64,000 nt of DNA, from IMG/VR virus record IMGVR_UViG_3300000976_000012, positions 1-64,000 of that record; one strand, 5' to 3'. Position numbers and translations under genes: made by a program. Source of the DNA: a virus. The notes beneath the pieces are model-generated. The model saw only the letters and a program-made list of their open reading frames with translations. It made no database searches and was not told where the DNA came from. Positions 45,283-53,948 of the stretch are shown here, in pieces (position 1 is the stretch's first letter; every line of letters begins with the position of its first letter).

Positions 45283-45315
45283 GGATGTCTCCACGATCTT
45301 GTTTCAGAGACATCC
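45283..45315 (-). promoter_or_regulatory. RBS-sequestering hairpin
   Basis: GGATGTCTC-15 nt-GAGACATCC is a perfect 9-bp stem. Its 3' arm holds the GGAGA SD, 1 nt before ATG 45281. Confidence 0.55.
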
Positions 45316-45338
45316 TCGCTATCACCCTAAATAAGCAA

Positions 45339-45367
45339 GTGCAAGTATATCTTAGATTTGTTGTCAA
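45339..45367 (-). promoter_or_regulatory. second-class promoter candidate (TTGACAACAAATC)
   Basis: The 15-nt CGTTGACAACAAATC is shared with 53998..54012. The -35 overlaps the terL stop. The -10 is poor. Confidence 0.35.
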
Positions 45368-47370
45368 CGCCTCCTACGGCTCTGAGGACGGTCGATAGAT
45401 TGCTTGCGCTCACGCTCCCTTGGCCGCACCTTCTTACGGCGTAGCGGTGACGTGCTATCTCCTTCACCTCCTCGGACAACCTGCATGTTGTTTCTGATCT
45501 CGCGAGACAGCAAGGCACCTTGTACGGCCCCGGCAAGGGCGTCAGCAATATCCTTGGTTCCACGGGGCGGGTGATCCACTTTGTTACGCTGCTGATACCA
45601 TTCAACTGTTGCTAGTTCCAGCCGCAAGCCCTCGCAATCGCCTTGGATGTCGAGACGATCCTGATAGATCATATCCCTCAAATCCTCGTATGGAACCGGG
45701 GTACGGTCCACACTAATGACTTCCGAATGGATGCCTGCCTTGCGTACTTGTTGAATTGTTTCGCTCGATGCAAAACCATCGAACGTCACTGATTTCAAGT
45801 TCACCCCGTGCTGTAAGAGAGACAGCAAGAAACCCCTTACCTCTGCAATATCTATTTCATGCACTGCATTTGGCTTGATGCCGATACCTGCCACCACGGT
45901 CAACTGTGGCACCTTCTCATATACATTGCCCTCACTACCTTCCAATTCCTTCAGTACCATACCCTCAAATCGTACAAGACAAATACCACATTTATCTCCG
46001 CTCTTGGATAAATCGGCATGAGCGAAGTGTGGTCGATCAAGCACGTTCTGCGGTGGAAACATGTCTAGCTCCCATTCTGGCATACCGTCCGTAGCAAGCT
46101 CGTATTCGTCTTGTTTGGTAAGCATAGGCACCTCCCGGTCGATCCCGCGTTGCATCGCTTTTGTGATCTTGTTTCTACGTCTGAAGAATGGCGTGATCGC
46201 ATCAGTGGCGACGCCCACTACATCTCGCAGTGCCGCGTCAGGGTCTTTCAAAAAGTCTGGTTTGTACGGCATCGGTATAGACAGAATTTCACCGTCATCT
46301 GGGAAGTGAATACCTCGCTCATCTCCCTCCTCTAGCACCCGTGTCAGATACTCATCTGTACCTACCAAAATATCAAACGTGTCGTAATTACCGTCGGAAA
46401 AACGAGGGTTCACTTCATACTGCTTATGACGGAATGACAGATGATTTGGCTCATAATCTCTGTTGGCTCTAGTCTCAACAGCGGCAATCGTATCCATCTC
46501 ATCGATCTTACGATCTAAGAAGTCCATCCGGTAACGTGTCGATGATACCGTGCAGATGTTACCAATAGACATACCACGGGTTGTGTAAGAGCGCTTCCTA
46601 CGACGTGAGATATTTGAGTAAATGATCTCAGCTTGATCGAAGTGACCGCCAAGGCCCTGCGGACCTGCTACTGTCTTTGAGTTTTCCACAATCTGCATGA
46701 AGTTGACCTCATCCAAAATCGCGCCTGCCACAGCTTGACCTAGAATTGTTTGCAAGCTCGCTGCTGCCGGGATGATGTGGACGTTGTTCGACAACTCCAG
46801 AACACTTTCCTTACGCTCATTCCACTGGCACCACTTACGAACATAAGGCATGTTCAAAAACATCGCCCGAAACGGCTCGTAGAGCACTCTCTTCGTCACT
46901 GTTGGGTTTACACTCTGAAGCATGAATACCATGGGCGTCATTGGTGTTAGTCCGAACAACTTCTGTGGCACATCAAAGCACGTAGAGAGATACACCTGAT
47001 ATGCGATACTGGCTGTGGATAAGTGAGACTTACCTGTACCTGTAGCGCCCCCTAGCAACACCTCGTGAATGGGTGTCTCCCCTGCCAGAACATCTGGGTT
47101 CATCCTGCGTAGGTCATCTCTCAACGTGTGCCAGATAGCAAAGTCCACGCCAGCCAAAAACTCTTCGCTATCCACGAACTCGTCTATGGTAACAGGAACC
47201 TTATTCATGCGCGATATAGCGTTAAAGAAATCCGGATTGTTGTGGTCGATTATTTGCTCAGCCGCATTGCGAAATATCTCGCCAGTCCGATGCATACCGG
47301 ATGCCAACGCATGCTTATACGCCCGCTCCGCTGCGACTTTCTTGTCCCTCAGAGGGTCGATACGGGTCAC
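45364..47370 (-). CDS. terL: terminase large subunit
   Basis: 668 aa. Walker A LLGGATGTGKS, Walker B AILDEVNFM, and a C-terminal RNaseH-like nuclease region (ADLSKSGDKCGICLV, VTFDGFASSE, KDIADALAGA). Confidence 0.85.
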   Translation of the reverse strand: MTRIDPLRDKKVAAERAYKHALASGMHRTGEIFRNAAEQIIDHNNPDFFNAISRMNKVPVTIDEFVDSEEFLAGVDFAIWHTLRDDLRRMNPDVLAGETPIHEVLLGGATGTGKSHLSTASIAYQVYLSTCFDVPQKLFGLTPMTPMVFMLQSVNPTVTKRVLYEPFRAMFLNMPYVRKWCQWNERKESVLELSNNVHIIPAAASLQTILGQAVAGAILDEVNFMQIVENSKTVAGPQGLGGHFDQAEIIYSNISRRRKRSYTTRGMSIGNICTVSSTRYRMDFLDRKIDEMDTIAAVETRANRDYEPNHLSFRHKQYEVNPRFSDGNYDTFDILVGTDEYLTRVLEEGDERGIHFPDDGEILSIPMPYKPDFLKDPDAALRDVVGVATDAITPFFRRRNKITKAMQRGIDREVPMLTKQDEYELATDGMPEWELDMFPPQNVLDRPHFAHADLSKSGDKCGICLVRFEGMVLKELEGSEGNVYEKVPQLTVVAGIGIKPNAVHEIDIAEVRGFLLSLLQHGVNLKSVTFDGFASSETIQQVRKAGIHSEVISVDRTPVPYEDLRDMIYQDRLDIQGDCEGLRLELATVEWYQQRNKVDHPPRGTKDIADALAGAVQGALLSREIRNNMQVVRGGEGDSTSPLRRKKVRPRERERKQSIDRPQSRRRR

Positions 47371-48125
47371 GCGACATCCTCTTCCTCTAATATGCGCTCA
47401 TCCGACCGGATCGACTTACGCGTGGTTTCCGGGTCGAAATCGCCTTGTAGGAAACTAGTAGCCAATTGCTTCAGAGCATCGGCCTCGCCTTTACCTTCTT
47501 CGTTGTACGTGATGGCAGGTCGCATAGGTGCATTATCAAAGAAGCCCCCAAGCTGCATCATTTTGGTGATTTCGCTGGTAGCTTTCATAGCAACCTCAAC
47601 ACCGCGCATCCTACGTGACCACTCCATAGCCTTGGCAGATGCAGCCTCTCTCCAACCTGCGGCCTGTGCTTCTCTATACTGTGTTACTTGCACGCCGATG
47701 CCATATGCGGGGTCAAGTCCTTTGATGTACTCTCTTTCGCGATCTCGCAACTCAGCTTTCCAGCGTTTGATCGTACTGAGACTAACGCCAAGCCTAATAG
47801 CGCATAAGTCGTTCGGCATGTTGGTGAGTACAAGCTGCTGTAGTGTATCTAAAGCAAACTCATGTGCCGCACCCCATCCGGATGTATCTTCGAGCGTCTT
47901 TATCCGGCTCACAAAGTCTGTGGCGGATGTGGTGCCGATCAAGCTATCTTCGATGAGTTCGTAAAGTGGCTCAGCAGTCACATGCTCCTGCGCAGCCATT
48001 ACCTTCTGGGTAGCCACCTTGGCCTTCTTTGGTTTGGGTGATCCTTTCGGGCGACCTACTTTCTTCTTCGCCGTTGGCTTAGAAGGTGGGTCTTCTTTCT
48101 TCTCTGATTTACGAACGAACGCCAT
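47367..48125 (-). CDS. terS: terminase small subunit, putative
   Basis: 252 aa with a basic N-terminus and HTH-like LGVSLSTIKRWKAEL. GTGA overlap into terL. Confidence 0.55.
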   Translation of the reverse strand: MAFVRKSEKKEDPPSKPTAKKKVGRPKGSPKPKKAKVATQKVMAAQEHVTAEPLYELIEDSLIGTTSATDFVSRIKTLEDTSGWGAAHEFALDTLQQLVLTNMPNDLCAIRLGVSLSTIKRWKAELRDREREYIKGLDPAYGIGVQVTQYREAQAAGWREAASAKAMEWSRRMRGVEVAMKATSEITKMMQLGGFFDNAPMRPAITYNEEGKGEADALKQLATSFLQGDFDPETTRKSIRSDERILEEEDVA

Positions 48126-48139
48126 TTGCCACCGTCCGA

Positions 48140-48745
48140 CTAACTGGCAGTGTCAGGTATCTTCGGCCCTCGGTCTTTCGGACCCCATGCGCGACTGTAC
48201 TTGTGCTCGTCAATCTTCATCTTGGTGAAGACGCTCTCCTGAAGCAATAACTCAATCTCAGCGCGGTCGGCACCAAGTTCTTTCATCAACTGTTCGATGG
48301 GAATATCATGGTCCTCTACCAATGAAGTCACAAGGTCGTGCATTCTAGCGGAAACATGAGTACCCTTGGCGCGGTTGATCCTAACGGTCAACATCTTGCG
48401 CTCAGCTTCATCAATATCCATGACAGCGCAAGGCACCTTTGTGCCAAACGCTTCTTGAATTTCCGTATCTGTCTTGGTCAATGTGCAACGGTGAAAGCCA
48501 TCGATAATCGTGTACTGATCTGGTTGATCAGGATGAGGCACCACGAGTACAGGCTGTATCCAACCCTGCTTCAGCATAGACAGCTTCAGCAACCTAAACT
48601 CAGGCCCAATAACGACGTTGGGATTATAGTCATTGGCGTTCAATTGATCGACATCAATCCACTGAATACCGTCGATAGGGTGCTTCATATCATCCGTCCT
48701 AATCTGCTGTGCAACCCGTTGCATGGGTCCACTGCTGCTGAACAC
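48140..48745 (-). CDS. ParB/IbrB-like protein
   Basis: NANDYNPNVV...GWIQPVLVV...YTIIDGFHRC matches the ParB N-domain. Candidate ATG 48724 overlaps palindrome copy 15. Confidence 0.7.
   Translation of the reverse strand: MFSSSGPMQRVAQQIRTDDMKHPIDGIQWIDVDQLNANDYNPNVVIGPEFRLLKLSMLKQGWIQPVLVVPHPDQPDQYTIIDGFHRCTLTKTDTEIQEAFGTKVPCAVMDIDEAERKMLTVRINRAKGTHVSARMHDLVTSLVEDHDIPIEQLMKELGADRAEIELLLQESVFTKMKIDEHKYSRAWGPKDRGPKIPDTAS
48710..48723. repeat. 14-bp palindromic motif copy 15
   Basis: TGCAACCCGTTGCA overlaps the candidate start ATG 48724 of the ParB-like gene (M-Q-R-V-A). Confidence 0.9.
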
Positions 48746-48814
48746 TTCTGTCCGTGTAGCTCATATTTTATGGTCAGGTCAACCTCTATGCCACACTCGC
48801 CCTGTCTTTATTGC

Positions 48815-49012
48815 CTACACAAGAGATCGACTTACACCATAATCATTCGCAACCACTCTATCTACCCTACCATCTACTTTGATAGTATCGGCTTGTTTCT
48901 GTGTTAAAATAGAATTTCCATTCTTCTCGCCTATGTTACGACGTCCCCGTTTTCCTTGATCATCCATATTGTCTTGGTGTGTTCCGGACAGAAGGTGCAT
49001 GGGATTACAACA
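48815..49012 (-). pseudogene. truncated HNH_3 homing-endonuclease remnant
   Basis: The frame reads CCNPMHLLSGTHQDNMDDQGKRGRRNIGEKNGNSILTQKQ...DYGVSRSLV. The HNH N-terminal half is missing: the frame is cut by the TGA at 49013..49015, which is also the stop of the dioxygenase gene. Confidence 0.6.
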
Positions 49013-49945
49013 TCAACCCCCGTCCCAGACATGAGGGTATCGATGATCCGCCTTTACACCTGCCTCTGGTGTCTTTGTCATATACATCCGCTGTAACCAC
49101 CGATGGTCCCCGGTAGAAAAATCAGGGGTAAATCCAACCCTCCCATGAGCAGCTTTTCTGTTATTGATCACCATACATTGACCGGGTTGCAACTCTACTT
49201 CGATGCTCCGCTGAGAGACCCAATCACGTAGCCATAAAAGCGCCTCTTTCGCACGTTCTTCAGTTGCGTACATCTCAGCTAAATCAACCCGGAATAGGGG
49301 ATCACCTTGATTGTACTCTATGATTGGTTTCCAGAACGTCTTATCGTGTCCAAAGCTCTCTCCGATGCGAATGCCAAACTTAGGCTGCGTCAACATAAAG
49401 CACACACCATCAGGTGCCTCGCTTATCACGTCCTCCAACAGTACGTAGCTGGTACGACCCTTCTCATGGTTCTTCAACGGTATCAGCGCGATGGTATCAG
49501 GTGGTGTTTCATGGTGTGGTGCTTCTATATGAAAATCAAACAGGTCCGATCCCCTGTTGGAGTTAGACGCTTCACAACCGGGAACCGGACTAATCTGATG
49601 TATCAACTCCCCGTCTTTCTCATTGTGAAAAGCAACCGGACACTGATCTAGTATGGCAGCTACTGCGTTCAGAACAGCCTCACTTATATTAGCGGGCTTG
49701 GTAACCCTTTTGCCATCCATTGGAGACGCGGGCAAGCATGTGTCCACAGGCAAATCGGTAAGAATAGCTACACCTTTGGAAACACACTCAACAAAGCCGT
49801 GCGGATCATCGAGACCTACCCACAGCAAATCAGCTAATTCCTCACTGCGTCGCCCACCGGGGCGATAAGGGTCCGACGCTCTGGCCACATCTAATAACTG
49901 GTCTCGATACGCGCCGTTCCAACTGAAATAAATACTACTCGCCAT
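49013..49945 (-). CDS. Fe(II)/2-oxoglutarate dioxygenase, clavaminate-synthase/TauD-like
   Basis: 310 aa from ATG 49945. HxE triad candidate FDFHIEAPHH and distal NRKAAHGRVGF. Confidence 0.6.
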   Translation of the reverse strand: MASSIYFSWNGAYRDQLLDVARASDPYRPGGRRSEELADLLWVGLDDPHGFVECVSKGVAILTDLPVDTCLPASPMDGKRVTKPANISEAVLNAVAAILDQCPVAFHNEKDGELIHQISPVPGCEASNSNRGSDLFDFHIEAPHHETPPDTIALIPLKNHEKGRTSYVLLEDVISEAPDGVCFMLTQPKFGIRIGESFGHDKTFWKPIIEYNQGDPLFRVDLAEMYATEERAKEALLWLRDWVSQRSIEVELQPGQCMVINNRKAAHGRVGFTPDFSTGDHRWLQRMYMTKTPEAGVKADHRYPHVWDGG

Positions 49946-51182
49946 GCGTCGCCTCAGCTGCGTCTGCTTCAGCTTCACGCTCATACCGAATCATGTCGTG
50001 GTCTGGGTTGCTGTGCACTTGGATGCCTTTGAGATAATCGCCCTTCACAATTTTCTTGAACACATGCAGAATTGGGTAACCGTAACAGTATCCCGGATCG
50101 GCATACTTGCCTTTGCGCATATTGTTCTGCTTCCCTTTATATGTGGTCTCCACAATCTTCTTCGCCCTCGCCACGTTGGCAGGTTCTTCAATGGTGTCAT
50201 CAATATACGCCATGATCCCTTCAAAGCTCTTGGGGTATCGATTAATGATGCCGTAGCGATCAAAGTCCTTCCAATAACGCTCGTGCGTAGCAACGCCGGG
50301 AAACACGGCACATAGCTGCTCAAAAAACTTGGGATACATCTGACGTAACCGTGACAGGTACGCGTAAGCCTGATCATGGAGAGGCGTGCTTACTCGCAAA
50401 TGACTATTGGCTGTGCCGGACAGCATCTGGCGATCATATATCTTGCAATACTTGATCTCACGCTCCCAAAAGAACCTGAAAATATCTTCCGTGCTCCAAT
50501 CATAAATAGGTTTGATGAAGCTGGTGTCTTTTGCGCCCCCTGCATCTCCAGCGATGTAGTTATACGCGTTCTTGGTGAGGTTACATGACCGGAACCGTAG
50601 CAAACTTTCTTGTGCTCGAATGCCGTTGAACATCCCGATCTTACCTGTCCATCCGAGCCGGATATTGATCAATGCCTGCATTTCCGTTTGGATCATGGGC
50701 TTCCCTTCCGGGTGCACATCGGTGATGGCGAAGTCTGGCTTCTGTCTTACCCAGTTATCCCGGCGCTCTTCATCCCACTGGATGTAACTGTGGTGTTTGC
50801 CGAGCAAAAAGAATTGGTTGATCATAGGCACCGCAAAGAAGTGTAGCGTCCACTTATCCGGCTCATCACGTAACTCAGTCACCTTATCGATGACCTCTCC
50901 CGGTATAAGCTCTTCGTCTCTGAATACGACATCCAGCGGGAAGTTCCAGCCCATCTCATCCATCACCTCACGCACAAGGTAAAGTACAACATGACTATCT
51001 TTGCCTCCAGAATAAGAGACAGCGCACCTGTCATAGCTTAGTAGACAATGGCGAATGCGCTTCTTAGCTTCAGTCAGCACGTCGCTATCTACGTAGTGAA
51101 CGCGGGTGTCTGAAAAAATGTGTGGCCGATCCTGCGGTGGTATTTCGCGCTCGGTCTCTGTGCTAAGTGGTTGCCCCATCAT
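49935..51182 (-). CDS. PP-loop ATPase of the PAPS-reductase / DndC / IbrA family
   Basis: PP-loop VSYSGGKDSHVV and GIRAQESLLR, plus a long C-terminal domain (PIYDWSTEDIFRFF...) as in IbrA-type proteins. Confidence 0.8.
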   Translation of the reverse strand: MMGQPLSTETEREIPPQDRPHIFSDTRVHYVDSDVLTEAKKRIRHCLLSYDRCAVSYSGGKDSHVVLYLVREVMDEMGWNFPLDVVFRDEELIPGEVIDKVTELRDEPDKWTLHFFAVPMINQFFLLGKHHSYIQWDEERRDNWVRQKPDFAITDVHPEGKPMIQTEMQALINIRLGWTGKIGMFNGIRAQESLLRFRSCNLTKNAYNYIAGDAGGAKDTSFIKPIYDWSTEDIFRFFWEREIKYCKIYDRQMLSGTANSHLRVSTPLHDQAYAYLSRLRQMYPKFFEQLCAVFPGVATHERYWKDFDRYGIINRYPKSFEGIMAYIDDTIEEPANVARAKKIVETTYKGKQNNMRKGKYADPGYCYGYPILHVFKKIVKGDYLKGIQVHSNPDHDMIRYEREAEADAAEATHGE

Positions 51183-51876
51183 TAATCTCCCTGCTGACCG
51201 TGCCACCGTCTTCTATGAACTTGGCGATGCGTGCGCTTATCGACGGTTCCGTTGGGTATTTGCCTCTTAGCACCCCTAATAACTCGACAAATCGTGTGTA
51301 ATTAGTGTCGTTTGAAAACTGTAAATTGGTTCGATGGATCGTGGGAACGAAACCCGTCCACGCTGCCTTGTTCTGACCATGCGCGTCAAATCCCACTTCC
51401 GACGCCTCCCCGGTTGGTGTAGCATTATCGCCGTTGACGATGCCGGTGGAACCACCTGCTCGTGGCAAAAATAAAGCATCCTCCTCACTAAAGCCAAGAG
51501 ACGTGTAATCGTCTCGCCCTACTCCAATGCGGTCAAACTCGTCAGATACAGCCGACAAGTCCATCGGTGTCATTTGCTGAATTTGATTGTGGGCAATGCC
51601 GTAACCCCTGCGCTTTGCCTCATCCAATTGAAGCACGATGACAGGCACCGTCTCTATGTTTAATTCTTCCGCTGCGGAAAGCCTACCATGGCCCTCCACG
51701 ATCATGAATGCACCGTCTTCATCTGGGTGATCCACAACGCCAAGCGGGTCCAAAAACCCGAACCGCGTGATGGACGCCTTAATCTGTGCGAGGTTCACTT
51801 CGTTATGGCGTTTCACGTTATCAGGGTCAGGCAAGACAGTAGATGTAGCGACGTGCTGAATATCAAGCTGCTTCAT
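51163..51876 (-). CDS. ParB-like N-domain protein (tandem copy 2)
   Basis: Start ATG 51876 with a GAGGAGG SD. LPDPDNVKRHNE...FGFLDPLGV...MIVEGHGRLSAAEELNIETVPV. Confidence 0.75.
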   Translation of the reverse strand: MKQLDIQHVATSTVLPDPDNVKRHNEVNLAQIKASITRFGFLDPLGVVDHPDEDGAFMIVEGHGRLSAAEELNIETVPVIVLQLDEAKRRGYGIAHNQIQQMTPMDLSAVSDEFDRIGVGRDDYTSLGFSEEDALFLPRAGGSTGIVNGDNATPTGEASEVGFDAHGQNKAAWTGFVPTIHRTNLQFSNDTNYTRFVELLGVLRGKYPTEPSISARIAKFIEDGGTVSREINDGATT

Positions 51877-52564
51877 GTTCGACCTCCTCATCCGCGATGC
51901 CTGCTTGATGATCGAGGGAAATCGTACCGGGCACCATCAAACAAAGCTGTTCCCATATCTCAGGGTGGTCTCGTTGGATCATTGCCATAAACACTTCGCC
52001 GCTGCCCATCGCTTTGTCCGCTCCGCGTTCATCTTCGTCGGCTAAGAACTGCTTGAACAATTCCTTTTGCTCTTTGTCTTCCCAGATGACCTCGTAACTC
52101 AGCGCACCGCTATCCGCAGCGCGACTTTCACCCTCTTCTTCTGGATCAGCTTCACCGAAATTCTGGAAAAGATTACCTACGATTGCGTCATTGAAACCCA
52201 TGTCTTCATAAGAAATCCCATCCTCTCCCACCACGTCTTGCAAAGCGGAAAACAGGGCAGCAAAATCAAACTGACTAGTCAATGCAATTTTGTTGTGTGC
52301 GATGCGATAGAGATCGTACTGATCTTCAGTCAGGCCCTCTATAACCATAACTGGTACAGCTTCTATCCCTAAGTTCTGCGCTGCTTGATGACGCCCGTGG
52401 CCTTCAATGATAACCATACCCGTAGTAACAGCAATTGGATCGTTAAACCCGAAACGCTCGATGGAGCGCATTATAGCACTCACATCTTCATCATTGTGGT
52501 GCTTCGAGTTGGTGTCATACGGCAAGAGATCGCCTGTATTTTTCCGTTCTAATCGTAGTTTCAT
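51863..52564 (-). CDS. ParB-like N-domain protein (tandem copy 1)
   Basis: LLPYDTNSKHHND...FGFNDPIAV...VIIEGHGRHQAAQNLGIEAVPV. Confidence 0.75.
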   Translation of the reverse strand: MKLRLERKNTGDLLPYDTNSKHHNDEDVSAIMRSIERFGFNDPIAVTTGMVIIEGHGRHQAAQNLGIEAVPVMVIEGLTEDQYDLYRIAHNKIALTSQFDFAALFSALQDVVGEDGISYEDMGFNDAIVGNLFQNFGEADPEEEGESRAADSGALSYEVIWEDKEQKELFKQFLADEDERGADKAMGSGEVFMAMIQRDHPEIWEQLCLMVPGTISLDHQAGIADEEVEHEAA

Positions 52565-52628
52565 GGTCTGCTGCTTCCTATGCTGCTGACTTACTGTTCG
52601 CTACTTACTATCTCGAAGACCTTTTCAT

Positions 52629-52642
52629 TGCAACCCGTTGCA
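52629..52642. repeat. 14-bp palindromic motif copy 16
   Basis: Lies in the leader of the ParB operon, 15 nt downstream of TGACATAAAAT and 65 nt upstream of ATG 52564. Confidence 0.9.
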
Positions 52643-52669
52643 CCTGCAAAAGCGTATATTTTATGTCAC
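52641..52669 (-). promoter_or_regulatory. cassette promoter variant (GTGACATAAAAT)
   Basis: The -35-like GTGACA overlaps the stop of 52666..53265. There is no good -10 at 17 nt. The palindrome sits downstream, not upstream. Confidence 0.4.
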
Positions 52670-53265
52670 GCTCTCTTGCGCTTTGGTGGGTTAATGAATC
52701 GAGAAGGTAGGATGCCCTTTGGCTTACTGACTTCAGGAAAGCCCCAAAAGAAACGGATAGGGTCTCGTAGATCACGCGACAGAAATAAGTCTCGGCTGAT
52801 GCCTGCTTCTGTAGCGAACGCTTCCCAAAACTCTCCATCTTTAGGCAACCCTACCGGATAAACCTCATCATATGATCGATACATTTTGACAGGCGACATC
52901 ACCAACATAGTCCACCAAGCACCGTGTTTGTAATTCCGTGCCACAAAGTCAAACCACGAACGCGGGTCCACAAAACGGGCATGAAGCAAGCGATGTGCTA
53001 GTTTGGACACGGGCAACCATTCTGTAGACTTTTCAATGGAATAGTCTTCTAGATGGGTGAACATATAACCAGCACCCTTCGGATCGTCAGGTCGAGTGTA
53101 CCCCGTAATGGAGCACACTGTTGGGTTGTTACCTCGCTGGTAGCGCTCCACTCGTTGGGGTTGGTTCACCCCATTTCGCGCTTGGGGACTGAAGCCGTTG
53201 TACCAGCGGTCCTTACTCACCTTACGCCCTGCGGCGATGTAATCGTTAAGCCCCTGCATCTTCAT
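52666..53265 (-). CDS. hypothetical protein, C-terminal INPPKRKRA
   Basis: 199 aa. Start overlaps the methyltransferase stop. No recognised domain. Confidence 0.6.
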   Translation of the reverse strand: MKMQGLNDYIAAGRKVSKDRWYNGFSPQARNGVNQPQRVERYQRGNNPTVCSITGYTRPDDPKGAGYMFTHLEDYSIEKSTEWLPVSKLAHRLLHARFVDPRSWFDFVARNYKHGAWWTMLVMSPVKMYRSYDEVYPVGLPKDGEFWEAFATEAGISRDLFLSRDLRDPIRFFWGFPEVSKPKGILPSRFINPPKRKRA

Positions 53266-53948
53266 TATGCGCGCTCCAAAATGACAGCGGCGTCTTCAGA
53301 CTTCTTGGAGCGGAACGTCTCTTTCCAGAGCGGGCCGATAGCTTCGATCTCAATGTCTGTGTTATAAATCGGGTGTGCCAGCCGGTTCCTATACGGTCCG
53401 TAGAGACGGCCTTCGAGCACTATGTACTCAATACCTGCATCGGCGGCGGCTTTGCCAAAAGCATGTCCAGCAGGTAGCCAAATATCGCGACCTGTCTCCA
53501 TGTGAACAGCGGCTTTGCCAAACGTAGTGGCAAAAAGCTCGGACAAAACACGACGACAAAGGAACGTATTGATCCCTTGGCTTACCCAGTCACGACACAT
53601 AACCGCAAATTCTTCGGTACGTACATCGAGCTTAGCTGTTTGGAGAGTAACCCCATCTGTGCGGACAAATTGGTTATAGGCGTCCACCGCCTTCTGGTTC
53701 ATTTCCAACCCAATGACAGGCCCCCACCCCATTTTCCGGGCACGGATCGATAACATCCCGTGACATGCGCCGAAATCGATAGCACCTCCGCGCTTGTCTT
53801 TAGGTACTTGCTCCATGGCAATACCCATTTGCTTATGGATGTTGGGGAGTTTTCCTTCATCCAGATATTTTTGGATGTGTTTGAAATGTCCGTAGATTGC
53901 GCCACCGTCTAATTTAGTGGGGTTCGGGTTTGTGTTTGCAGTTGTCAT
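53265..53948 (-). CDS. class I SAM-dependent methyltransferase
   Basis: Motif I AIDFGACHG and an acidic beta-2 end VIGLEMN. No DPPY/NPPY or C5 PC/ENV motifs, so the substrate is unclear. Confidence 0.65.
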   Translation of the reverse strand: MTTANTNPNPTKLDGGAIYGHFKHIQKYLDEGKLPNIHKQMGIAMEQVPKDKRGGAIDFGACHGMLSIRARKMGWGPVIGLEMNQKAVDAYNQFVRTDGVTLQTAKLDVRTEEFAVMCRDWVSQGINTFLCRRVLSELFATTFGKAAVHMETGRDIWLPAGHAFGKAAADAGIEYIVLEGRLYGPYRNRLAHPIYNTDIEIEAIGPLWKETFRSKKSEDAAVILERA

